A stretch of DNA of 64,000 nucleotides from Tubulanus polymorphus (taxonomy: Eukaryota > Animalia > Nemertea). This document shows positions 40,921 through 53,100 of the stretch, piece by piece (the first letter of the stretch is position 1; each line of letters starts with the position of its first letter). The notes under the pieces were generated by a model. That model did not search any database and was not told where the DNA came from. It saw only the letters and a program-made list of their open reading frames with translations. Both the position numbers and the translations under genes were made by a program. The DNA is taken from positions 22,282,560 through 22,346,559 of the forward strand of contig NC_134027.1 in the NCBI RefSeq assembly GCF_964204645.1. The letters are read 5' to 3'.

Positions 40921-41359
40921 AGGGGTTTGGCGATGGGCTTTGATTTTATTTCCGGGTTGTTGTTGATAATCACGCGAGAATGGCGCTTAATATGAACTGC
41001 GAATAAATTCAAAATATCACGGAAATACCTTGTGTTGATATTCTTTATTTATCCGCTATAAAGTTCCGATAAACAATTGATCGTTAAGGATCATTATCAG
41101 ACGGTGGTGACGCTTTGCTATATAAAAATACAAGGGACGAAACGCCTTCAAGTTGTGCCAGCCAGAAAGTTGGGACAGTCACGTGACTTAACACTTCATA
41201 TTTGACTGAACGCGTAGCCGTGCGAAACTTACTGGCCTGACCCCCGCGCATCAATTCTACTCGCTTCACGATAAAAGACAACTCCGTAAGTATTACCACT
41301 AAATTTTGTGCCGCGATTTAACATACTCTTGGCAGACTGCCAACTAACAGCCATAACAT

Positions 41360-42820
41360 AGGTAAACCAAAAACCGCAACGATCACCATTAAAACTGTTA
41401 ATTTGAGTGATACATGTACTCTGTAGTAACATCCAATATTATATACGACGACAAATCTACTCACCACAGATTTCTATGTGGATCAATTCTAAAGGTCTTG
41501 GGTTGTTAGTCTTTGTTTAGTCCGCCTGGTGGTATGTGCAGCAATCAGATCCTGACGAAGAAGAGGTGAGGAATGGCCGATCTGAAAAAAACAAAGAATT
41601 TGATACATTACAAATTTTGATTTCGGCTGGAAAAATCAATATCTCTGTATAAGTTAGATCACCCGCGAAATGAACCTGCAACTTCACCAACCAGTTTTTT
41701 TTTTAAATCAGTTGACATAAATGTACTCAATCAATTCTTTAAGTAAAATTGCCCCTGAATTTAAAGAAAATTCTAGATTCAACTCACCTAACCGCGCGCG
41801 AGGACTGGACATAAATGCGCGCGTATAGTAAATTCAACGTACGATAAGAATTAATCCTCTGAACTGGTTCCATTCAAATTCAACTATTTGAATGACCAGA
41901 GCACAATGTCAAGACTGAACACAATATGAACTGGTTCAATGCGGTCCATTGGACAGGACACCGCGCACTAGCTAGAATAACATATACCGCGATATATATG
42001 ACCCTGTACATTCCAACTTTAGAATATTCTTAACTGATAATTTCAAATATACGATGTACGTAGATGTATCAGATATTCTACCAGTCCCTTTTAAAATGAC
42101 ACTCTTACCTCATATACGATACTTCAAATTTAAAATCCTGTCAAGTTGAATTTGCATTTGTAATAGGTTCATTCAAATTTCCATTGCCTATAACTCGAAT
42201 TTCCAGTGATTGCGAACAAAAATCTTAAAACCATTTTGTGATAATTAAATAATGATTGATAATAATGATGATTCATTCAGCCTAAAATCCATATAAAATA
42301 TCCTCATTTACATCATCCATAAAAAGCGAACATAAAACAGAGAAAACTAAAACCTGTTTAATTAAAAGCTTTGATTAACAAATGGGTTTTGGGATTAGAT
42401 TTAAAAACATCGATTGACTAGCAAGGATTAATTGTTAGATCTTAAAACTCTAGCATTTGATAATCGATTATCAAATTGATTCCAGTTGGGCGCAGTTTTA
42501 CTGTTTGTAGATTAGTTTTTTTTCATTAAAATCGGAAAGCGTTTCACCGAATCTAAAACTTTGGGGTTGATTATGAATGAAAATTAGAAATTTGTACTGT
42601 AATGGATATGGTATAAAGAACATATTTTACAAGGACAATTTGTGACAAATTTCCGAAAATACCCTACGTTTTCCGACAAACTTCGCCATTTTTTTAAAGA
42701 ATACCCTGATCAACACACATCCACGTATCTTAGAAATAGTCTCAATATCAACAAAATTTTACGGTAAATTTGTTGAATAACCAAGCTCTTCAGCCATGGC
42801 AGCCCCGGTACTTTGGGAGC
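41360..42820 (-). repeat. Right arm of the inverted duplication (contains a ~300-bp insertion at ~42230-42540)
   Basis: Reverse-complement match to 31240-32395. Confidence 0.85.
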
Positions 42821-45460
42821 TAAATGCTTCGAATATTATTCAAACTCATCGAAACTTCGACCTTTGATGCTAAGTAACATTTAGTACGATTTTTATTGCG
42901 GTGAATGAAGATGAGTAATCCCTTAGTATCACTTACCAGCTCAAAAAGCAAGAGCAGCATCAGCACGAACCCGATCGCGTCGAGTTGTGTCCAATATAGC
43001 ACATTTGCATTGAATTTTACCATACTGTGCTGCCACCGCGCCTTTTTCCAAAATTTTATTTCCAATTTTAAATCAATTGTAAAACATCGTTCGATATCAA
43101 AATTACATTTTTTATGTCATATTGCAATTTTCGATAAATTCATAACTTGACATGAACGTGGGAGTTCCCGTAAAATTCCAGTCGCTCCTATCCCATGACT
43201 CATTCTCGGAGGCACCCTACATAAACCCAATAACTACTCAATGTTTGTTGTAGTTGGTAGGTTTATGATACCGACCGATAAGAAACTTGGCAAGTTGCAC
43301 GCACGACTCGCTGGCTGTAGGAACCCGCCGCACCCGAGGTCCAATCTTATCATAAATGCCGCTCACGACCATAGCTATTCAGTCACAGCCCTACACCTAT
43401 CTCTACCTAGCCTACTTATCTCAATGTCGGCTGCGAAATACATAATAAATGTTTAGCACATATTTCTATGAAATATGGTTAACTTTTGAGCAACTGGCTC
43501 CAGAATCACCTGCAAACGGCCATATTTCATTGATGCAATATACTGTGAAACAATATAATATTGACGGGAGATCAATGAAACTTAAATGCCTGACACTAGA
43601 AGACTTATTTCGACTTTTTTGACTATCTTAGATGATTGGGAGAGGGGTCCAGAAATAAGGAAATTTTCTGTATATTAAGGCTGCGAGTAGGGTGCTCCTC
43701 GGTGTTGAAACATATACATCCAAAACAATTTAATTTGCAAAAGAGTGTTAGATTTGTAGGTTTTATGCGATCACTGTCTTGACAAAGATGGTAACCTTAA
43801 TGGGAAGGAGCAGGGGTCCGGACTACCGACCCTCCAAACCCGTAGTCTGTCCCTGTGTTACTAGAAATATATCTCTTTTTACCATTTTTTCAAATAACTA
43901 GGTGCCCTTGTTTCCATAGTTACTGAAAATTTTGATTTTAACAAAGTAAGACCGGTTGAATTGTCAAATTTCTTGATATAAATATGCAAACATGATACTC
44001 TAGAAAACGTGTTTTGGAAGTTTGACTCGCAACTACTTAAAAACTAATACGGATAATTGAAAACAGTAAAAGGTATATAGGACCACATATAGATGGCTAT
44101 TGATCCTGAAAACTTCAAAAATGTAGATTAAAATTTGTAAGAATTACGAACTTTTGAATGAGATGAGCAATAATTCAAGTTGAATTATCGGGAAGACGAT
44201 ATCAATGTTTATAACTTCACCAGTGCGCATTGTTGCATTAACTTAACAAATGAGTGATATCCTAAAAAGTTTATTATCAGCCGAGTTCATCGATATTTTC
44301 ACTTTGTTTCTATATTTATCCAATCCAGAGATATGAACGAAATAGAAATATTAAACGGGGAAAAAATAGGGACAAAAAATTCAACAATGCGGACCCGGTG
44401 GGTACCCAAAAAATGGCGCCTGGTAACTGTAAAAAGGCTTATTGGAACGGACGCAATTAACCCGGTCTAAATAACGTAGTGACGCACCCTGAAGATATAG
44501 CGAACACCGAACTCATGACTGATTTCGATGACATTTTCATAAGATTAGATTAGATAACTCTATCACATTCCGACCATTCCCGTGGTACATAAGGTATGAG
44601 GGGAAAATAGTATCCTACATATTCAAGACAAATAAAGAAAAACATTTAAAAACTCAACCAAGTTCATACAAGCTCGCTTGCTGACTAGTGCACGTTAACA
44701 GGTTCCTGATAAAAACAACTTTACCGTAATCATTTTTTTCTCAGGCCCTACAATTGGTTTTAAGCGGGTGCGAAATCAACATGTAAAAAAAAAGATTCAG
44801 ACTTTCTGGCCAGAATCAGCCGTAGATGTTTGTTCGTGGACTAAAAAAGCTGAATAGCCTTCTCAAAACCTCTCTCCTCCAATGTCCAACCCATTACTCT
44901 GTTCCATTAAACTATTCAGCTGAGTTTGGGGCAAACTCTATTTGACATGAACGACCAGCAAAACTTATCCGTTAAAAGTGTGCATCTTAAATTCGCCAAA
45001 TACATTCTCGGAGAAAATAAGCGCACATGTCCAATACGAATCAGGTCTCTTAATTGAATTCTGTTGAATTACCAAATACTGGGATAAAAACCCACTATGT
45101 ACGAGACGAGGATCTCTAGTGTGAGATCGAAACGTCGTGTTTTTACATTTTAGAAATAAATTCTAGATTTTAAATTCTCATAATTGTACATAGTGGGTTT
45201 TTATCCTATTATCCGTTCACCACGTTTGGGTGTGGTTATCGTACTCTGGCTTGGAAAAGTTCGCATTCACAAGAAATCACACCTTTTGTATCGTATATAT
45301 TATGACCAACTAGTGCATTTTGTATTGGTATTTTGTTATAAATCTTGTATCTTGTTTTATGTAATGCGTATTTTTCGATCTTTAATTTTAGTTGTATAAC
45401 GGGTGAGTGAGTTAAATCGTATCTTCGCTTGGGTCGATCTATATCACGTTGTATTTAACC

Positions 45461-45533
45461 GGTTCCATGGTGTAGTGGTTATCACATCTGCTTAACACGC
45501 AGAAGGTCTCGGGTTCGAAACCCGATGGAACCT
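45461..45533 (+). tRNA. tRNA-Val(AAC), copy 1
   Basis: Cloverleaf: acceptor GGTTCCA/TGGAACC, anticodon arm TCTGC-TTAACAC-GCAGA, T arm TCGGG-TTCGAAA-CCCGA; A and B boxes present; T run downstream. Confidence 0.88.
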
Positions 45534-46749
45534 GATAAAATTTTATCTTCATGGATTGTGTATCTAGTGGGTCCTCTGAAGAAAGTTTTTCCCACATTTT
45601 AGGGTAGTTTCATGAAATAATTGCGAAGTAACTGAATTTTGCTAGTGCGAACGCTTTGTCCGTACTAAATTGGAACGGACGCAATTAACCCGGTCTAAAT
45701 AACGTAGCGACGCGCCCTGAAGATATAGCGAACACCGAACTCATGACTGATTTCGATGACCTCGACTATGTGTCATTCAACTTCAACTGTGAATCAACCG
45801 CCTGCCGGTATAGGCTGCATTTTCATAAGATTAGATTAGATAACTCTATCACATTCCGAACATTCCCGTGGTACATAAGGTATGAGGGGAAAATAGTATC
45901 TCACATATTCAAGATAAATAAAGAAAAACATTTAAAAACTCAACCAAGTTCATACAAGCTAGCTTGCTGACTAGTGAACGTTAATAGGTTCCTGATAAAA
46001 ACAACTTTTACGTTTGTAATCATTTTTTTCTCAGGCCCTACAATTTGTTTTTAGCAGGTGCGAAATCAACATGTAAAAAAATAGATTCAGACTTTCTGGC
46101 CAGAACCAGCCATAGATGTTTGTTCGTGGACTAAAAGAGCTGAATAGCCTTCTCAAAACCTCTCTCCTCCAATGTCCAACCCATTACTCTGTTCCATTAA
46201 ACTATTCAGCTGAGTTTGGGGCAAACTCTATTTGACATGAACGACCAGCAAAACTTATCCGTTAAAAGTGTGCATCTTAAATTCGCCAAATACATTCTCG
46301 GAGAAAATAAGCGCACATGTCCAATACGAATCAGGTCTCTTAATTGAATTCTGTTGAATTACCAAATACTGGGATAAAAACCCACTATGTACGAGACGAG
46401 GATCTCTAGTGTGAGATCGAAACGTCGTGTTTTTACATTTTAGAAATAAATTCTAGATTTTAAATTCTCATAATTGTACATAGTGGGTTTTTATCCTATT
46501 ATCCGTTCACCACGTTTGAGTGTGGTTATCGTACTCTGGCTTGGAAAAGTTCGCATTCACAAGAAATCACACCTTTTGTATCGTATATATTATGACCAAC
46601 TAGTGCATTTTGTATTGGTATTTTGTTATAAATCTTGTATCTTGTTTTATGTAATGTGTATTTTTCGATTTTAATTTTAGTTGTATAACGGGTGAGTGAG
46701 TTAAATCGTATCTTCTCTTGGACCGATCTATATCACGTTGTATATAACT

Positions 46750-46822
46750 GGTTCCATGGTGTAGTGGTTATCACATCTGCTTAACACGCAGAAGGTCTCG
46801 GGTTCGAAACCCGATGGAACCT
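46750..46822 (+). tRNA. tRNA-Val(AAC), copy 2
   Basis: Identical to copy 1, 1289 bp downstream. Confidence 0.88.
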
Positions 46823-48040
46823 GATCAATTTTTATCCTCATGAATTGTGTATCTAGTGGGTCCTCTGAAGAAGGTTTTTCCCACATTTTAGGGTAGTTTC
46901 ATGAAATAATTGCGAAGTAACCGAATTTTGCTAGTGCGAACGCTTTGTCCGTACTAAATTGGAACGGACGCAATTAACCCGGTCTAAATAACGTAGCGAC
47001 GCGCCCTGAAGATATAGCGAACACCGAACTCATGACTGATTTCGATGACCTCGACTATGTGTCATTCAACTTCAACTGCGAATCAACTGCCTGCCAGTAT
47101 AGGCTGCATTTTCATAAGATTAGATTAGATAACTATATCACATTCCGAACATTCCCGTGGTACATAAGGTATGAGGGGAAAATAGTATCTCACATATTCA
47201 AGATAAATAAAGAAAAACATTTAAAAACTCAACCAAGTTCATACAAGCTAGCTTGCTGACTAGTGAACGTTAATAGGTTCCTGATAAAAACAACTTTTAC
47301 GTTTGTAATCATTTTTTTCTCAGGCCCTACAATTGGTTTTTAGCGGGTGCGAAATCAACATGTAAAAAAAAGATTCAGACTTTCTGGCCAGAACCGGCCA
47401 TAGATGTTTGTTCGTGGACTAAAAAAGCTGAATAGCCTTCTTAAAACCTCTCTCCTTCAATGTCCAACCCATTACTCTGTTCCATTAAACTATTCAGCTG
47501 AGTTTGGGGCAAACTCTATTTGACATGAACGACCAGCAAAACTTATCCGTTAAAAGTGTGCATCTTAAATTCGCCAAATACATTCTCGGAGAAAATAAGC
47601 GCACATGGCCAATACGAATCAGGTCTCTTAATTGAATTCTGTTGAATTACCAAATACTGGGATAAAAACCCACTATGTACGAGACGATGATCTCTAGTGT
47701 GAGATCGAAACGTCGTGTTTTTACATTTAAAAAAAATAAATTCTAGATTTTAAATTCTCTTAATTGTACATAGTGGGTTTTTATCCTATTATCCGTTCAC
47801 CACGTTTGAGTGTGGTTGTCGTACTCCGGCTTGGAAAAGTTCGCATTCACAAGTAATCAAACCTTTTGTATCGTATATATTATGACCAACTAATGCATTT
47901 TGTATTGGTATTTTGTTATAAATCTTGTATCTTGTTTTATGTAATGTGTATTTTTCGATCTTTAATTTTAGTTGTATAACGGGTGAGTGAGTTAAATCGT
48001 ATCTTCTCTTGGACCGATCTATATCACATTGTATATAACT

Positions 48041-48113
48041 GGTTCCATGGTGTAGTGGTTATCACATCTGCTTAACACGCAGAAGGTCTCGGGTTCGAAA
48101 CCCGATGGAACCT
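48041..48113 (+). tRNA. tRNA-Val(AAC), copy 3
   Basis: Identical to copy 1, 1291 bp downstream of copy 2. Confidence 0.88.
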
Positions 48114-48791
48114 GATCAATTTTTATCCTGATGGATTGTGTATCTAGTGGGTCCTCTGAAGGTTTTTCTCTCATTTTAGGGTAGTTTCATGAAATAATTG
48201 CGAAGTAACTGAATTTTGATTCATGTTTTATGGTTACAAGTTCTCCTGATATCCATCGCCTCAAATTACATCACCTTGTTATCATCTAGTATGTAACTTA
48301 TTAATTAGTAAATAAAGAATATGAATATGAATATGCTTAATGTATGTGAAAGTTCGTTGCTTCCCATATAGATTAGCCGGTAGATTACTCTTCTAGAATT
48401 GATTAGTATCGTCTTAAGATGTCATCACTGGGCGAACAATCTGTTATCGCATCACTAATCCGTCAATTAGTGCGAAACCCCTATCTTTATACATATTCAT
48501 CGAAGAACATTCTATCTCTCTTATCATGTGTAGAAGATATGGATGGATAGAGATGTCATTTTTTCTATCTTTCATTGATGCGTTCCATCGCAAAGCTATA
48601 ATGATGTTGATGTTGTAGCGTGTCTAAGTAGAAGATTCGGAGATACGTGCTTGAGCATCAGCAATTGAAGGAAACCAGACTCAATCGGTGATTGTGTGAT
48701 TCATTACCGAGTGAAACAAGACTTTCCCTCTATAGACCCTGACACTGCCATTTTCCCTATTCCCACATCCGGCATCGCACCACTCTCTCCT

Positions 48792-49035
48792 TATCGGAGT
48801 TAGTCGACTAATTGCGAACTGAACGAAACCATGGACATATAAACTAGATCATACGTCCACGATGAAACCGAATGTCAGTTGGTCGAACGCGCATTGTCGG
48901 GAAAAAGTCGAACGGTCGCTGTAGTAGTTCGGGCCTTTTGTCCCAAGATGGCCGACACTATGAAATGCGACGTTAAGACCGAGCTATAGTGCGTTCGATA
49001 ATTAGCTCCAACCACTAGTCGAATAACTACGAATG
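48792..49035 (+). repeat. Interspersed repeat shared with 54740-54932
   Basis: atcggagttagtcgacta...cgaaaccgaatgtc...caagatggccgacact...ccactagtcga. Confidence 0.7.
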
Positions 49036-49159
49036 CCGACGTTCGCCCAGAGTGCAGTTAAAACAACTGATCAACTCTTAAGTCGATTTTAGATAAACTG
49101 AATTAAATGAGAATTCAATACGATTCAGGAGTAGTAAAACTTTTTGTGAAACTGGCTCC

Positions 49160-49562
49160 TGGGGGTCGGTTCCATAATCGCGACTAACGTAGACCAGTCT
49201 AAAAACCAACTTCTATGGACTAGTTAAAGATTAGTTTCATCCGTCGTATAATTGAAAGATCTCTTCCGCGCGATACTGCAAGTAAGATGTTGCATAGTCA
49301 TGGCTTAGACTTAAGACCAATTTAAGACCATCTAAATTCTACAAACAATCTTACAACTTAAGACCAGTCTTTAAATCTAAGACCATTTTTCGACTTAAGT
49401 CTCAACTGAGGAACCGGCCCCTGGGTTCAAAATTCTCACAAATTTAAGTCCAAAAGTGGTCTTAATTCTTAAGACTGGTCTTACGTTGTTCGATTGGCTA
49501 TAGAACTAAGTTGGTCTTAGACTGGTCTTAAGTCTAATCTCTAACTATGCAATTGGTCCAGG
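49160..49562. mobile_element. TTAAGAC-rich MITE cluster
   Basis: ggggtcggttcc...ggaaccggcccc termini; internal ttaagacc/ggtcttaa repeats in both orientations. Confidence 0.6.
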
Positions 49563-49869
49563 AGAATAAGCACGGCGTTGTAGTAGAGACCTAAATCAAA
49601 GATGGCCGACAGTGTGAAATACGTGAAGACCTTAAACCGAAGTACGCCCTGCCACAGAGTCCACAAATTAGAGGCACCATTAAATTTCACCAAGAACCTT
49701 AGTGTCTGATGTACCAGTACATGATGGGTACTGTGTACTCTAGGATCGTAGAGCGACGTAGATCATTGCGGAAACAACCACTCCCAGGACTGGGTGAATA
49801 TTAAATATGAAGAAACTGATTCGTCTAATCTCATTCATTCGTATTTTTTGTTAATTTACAAAATATTTG

Positions 49870-49921
49870 AATAATAATAAATAATAATAATAATAATTAT
49901 AATAATCATAATCATAATAAT
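49870..49921. repeat. (TAA)n microsatellite
   Basis: Direct inspection. Confidence 0.85.
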
Positions 49922-50158
49922 ACAATATCATGAAGAAATACCAGAAATGGTGCGCGCTCATTACTAAGCGAAGCTGCATGCTAATCATCTGGAGATTATC
50001 TTGTTCTATATACTATAACGCTGGTATAATAAGAGACAGCGAATAATGATATCTCGTGATGGATGTCACTAATTAATCCTCAATAGTGCTGTAAATATGA
50101 AATATCAGACAATTAAATTCGCCGTTCGCTCTCTCTTGTTGCGCGCGGGCTTATATCT

Positions 50159-53100
50159 TTAAGTATAGAAAATGCTGAAATAGTTCGTATTATTGCGTTC
50201 GTATCCGACGATCATTTTCGGGAACAGCTTCGTTTGTTTCAGCAGTTCGATTTCACGCGCTAGGTTGCTCAGGTTTAGATCTTGTTGCAGGATCCATCGT
50301 TCGCCCGGTCCCTGTTCGAATACCGCCGAAAACAACAGTTTTTCGTTGTTGTGATAGGTGTCTAGATAACACAGATTGAAGCCGTTCAAAGCCTCTTCGT
50401 AGATGACGCGTTCGAAGTCGTCGATCGTCAAATCTAAAAACGGTTTGTATTTGGCGTCGGCGTTTTTCAGTAAGACAGCGCTGACTCGTCGTTGTCCGTT
50501 GAACGCCATTACGCTTTGAACGGTTGCTACGTAACCATCGCGATGATAATCGGGGACCTTCTTCAAGTATTCGCTGTACGGTTGATTAACCAGCACGATA
50601 TCGGCCGTTCGGTTACGGGGCGTCCGCATCAATACCAAACTGCACTTTCTGTCTTCGTGCGAGTAGCAGACGTAGTTCTGGATCAAATTCAATCGGTATC
50701 CCCTTCGTTCTTTGTTTCCCACGACCGTGTCGACCCTTTCGCCGGGTATGCCGTGTTGAAGCAGCCAGTCGTTTTTGCTCGTTGCCGAGGTTTTCGCCGC
50801 AATCACGGCGAAAAAGGTGACTTGATGACGGTCGTCGCTGTAGGCGTTTATCCAAGTCGGCCGATAGTCTACTTTTCTCAAAGCTTCAATATACGCCGAT
50901 AGGTGCTGCTCGTGTATGCGGAACGATATGCCATCATCTTTGTATAGCGAAGAAAATAGATCCCCGCCCATCAGATCATCGGTGTCGACCCAGTTGTCGA
51001 CTCGTTTGAAATAGTCGAGGAATAGGTGTTTGAATAAAGTCGGGTTATGGGTTTTGAAATGCGTTATAAACGCCGAATCGGGACCGTAAGAATGCAATAG
51101 AAGATAATTCCCGGACGCGTACGATTCGACCCAAAACGAGCCGTCGGTTTTGACCTTGACCCCCATGCCGTGCCACGTATCGGTTAGCCGCGGGTACGGC
51201 GGACTAGGTCGAGTAAATATCAACTTCAAAGTATCTTTGCGTATGATTGGACTGGCGTCGTGCGTAACGGCGGACACCAGTCTCATAGCGTCTTGTATCG
51301 TCATCACCCAAGTAGTAGGTATTAGATTAGTGTTGTAAATACCACCGGCAGCGTCCTCTAGCGGATGTCGAGTTAGTTTAGTCATCCACATACCGAACGG
51401 AATCAATATATGTCGTTTTACGTACTCTTCATAACTGATACCGGTGACGTCTTCGATGATTATTCGCAGCAATAATTCGTTAAACGCCGAATGTTTGAAC
51501 TTTTTTCCTGGAACCGAATGTAATTTGTGTTGTAACATTGTTCTAATGGCATCGCTAGGCAACAGTACTCCGGATTCCCGGAAATCTTCGTGCCGATCCC
51601 AGCCCGCCGTTTCGTACAACAACTGCATAACAGTTATATCACGAATACGAGGATCGACGCTGTCCGGAATCGCCTCCAGAAATCCGCTCAAAGCTCCCGA
51701 CTTCACGAATACTTTCCTATTCAGATCTATCGAATTTTTGTCGCTAAGGTGTAACACTGCCAACGACGTCATCATGTGCGACACTTGCAACATTGGAAAC
51801 ATCTGCGTTGTTTGTTGTACGACACTTTGTTCAAGTCCGATTCTTTTAATGTCACGTGCGTATACCAGTTTCCCAGAATGCATCACGCCGACACTTCCGA
51901 TTTGTATGTGATTTTCTTCCATGAATGACATCAGATCTCTGGTTAGTTTGTCTTCTTGATTCGATGCCAAACAATCTATAAAATAAATATATTTAATTAA
52001 AGTCTTAGACATTATAGAGGTCTTTGGCACGCGCCCTTTACCTTTACCTTGAACCAGACGGTGTCAATCCCAAAATGCATGTTCATTTTTGGAGCTTCCA
52101 AAAGGCACATAAGCGGTGCATATTCCTATGCGCTAGCCGTAATGATACACATGAATAAAGCGAAAAAAACCACAATAAGGCAGATGAAAAACCATGATAG
52201 AATCTGACGTTTCGACTATGAGCTATTTTCAAAATCGGTAGATAGATTTTGAAAATGGCTCATACGTAGATTTCGAGTCGAGACGTCAGACTCTCTGCTT
52301 TTTTTCATCTTATTGTGGGTTTTTCGCTTTATCGATATCAGACGGAGTCACTTGTCTATGGAAACCAGATGCACACGCATCTCTACGGTTTGTCATTCAA
52401 AATGAACCAAAATGTCATTTAGAAGACGTCAACAGCACCAAGCGCCGTTTGATCATTTCAGTGACAGTTTTATTACAGAAATTATGTACACTCGGTTTGA
52501 TAGAGATGGCTTCCGCAGAAATATCCAACGATAGATTGCCAGAATGAAGGCCGTAAGTCCCGATCACGAGAGAATCCCAGATTAAGTTTATCGCCAGTAT
52601 TTCGTAGACCCTGAATATTTGAATTTATTTGAAAATGTTGCGGACATTTTGCATCCGTTTTGTGGAATTCCCCACCCAAACAGACATATACATTGTCTCT
52701 CAGTATCCGAATGGAAGGCCCAAGACATTTCTGTTCAATCAACCGTTTCTGGATGGCGCTTTTGATAATGGGTTCTACCGTTTACAAGTCGCTAGAAAAA
52801 CGCGTAATCCTGTATAAGAAAATAGATTATTTCAAATGCAAACTGAGAAACAGAACTTATAGATATACATGGCGTTGCTGTAGATAAGCTAAGTGGCATT
52901 TGCTCCAATTGTACCAGGACAGTTTAGAATCCAGTCAAACATTCAACCGTCAATGACGGTGTCGGAACGTTTTAAGATATATCGGCCTTGTGAGAAAACT
53001 GTGAGTTAATTCTCCAATTGATCAGAGCAGCAGCAGCAGCAGCATTTGCAGCAGTGAAGTCACTCTCAGATCCAGTTGGCAAATTACTGTACTTATAATG

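Larger units (their letters stand above)
44441..48217 (+). repeat. Tandem array of about three ~1.29-kb units (tRNA-Val + Penelope-type terminus + LINE remnant)
   Basis: Units start attggaacggacgcaattaacc at 44441, ~45669 and ~46958 and are near identical; unit 1 has a ~60-bp deletion. Confidence 0.92.

Noticed and set aside
45655-45680. gtactaaattggaacg resembles part of U6 snRNA
   Set aside because: Only ~15 nt match; no ACAGAGA box or 5' stem-loop.
45184-47259. Duplicated 66-75 aa ORFs in the tandem array
   Set aside because: Conserved only because of recent duplication; disrupted by indels in other units.
50492-51911. Plus-strand ORFs of 136 and 155 aa
   Set aside because: Antisense shadows of the beta-lactamase-like exon.
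51976-52030. ORF-track start of the 623-aa protein (MPKTSIMSKTLIKYIYFI)
   Set aside because: Non-ATG start running through an AT-rich intron end with a clear acceptor; treated as intron.
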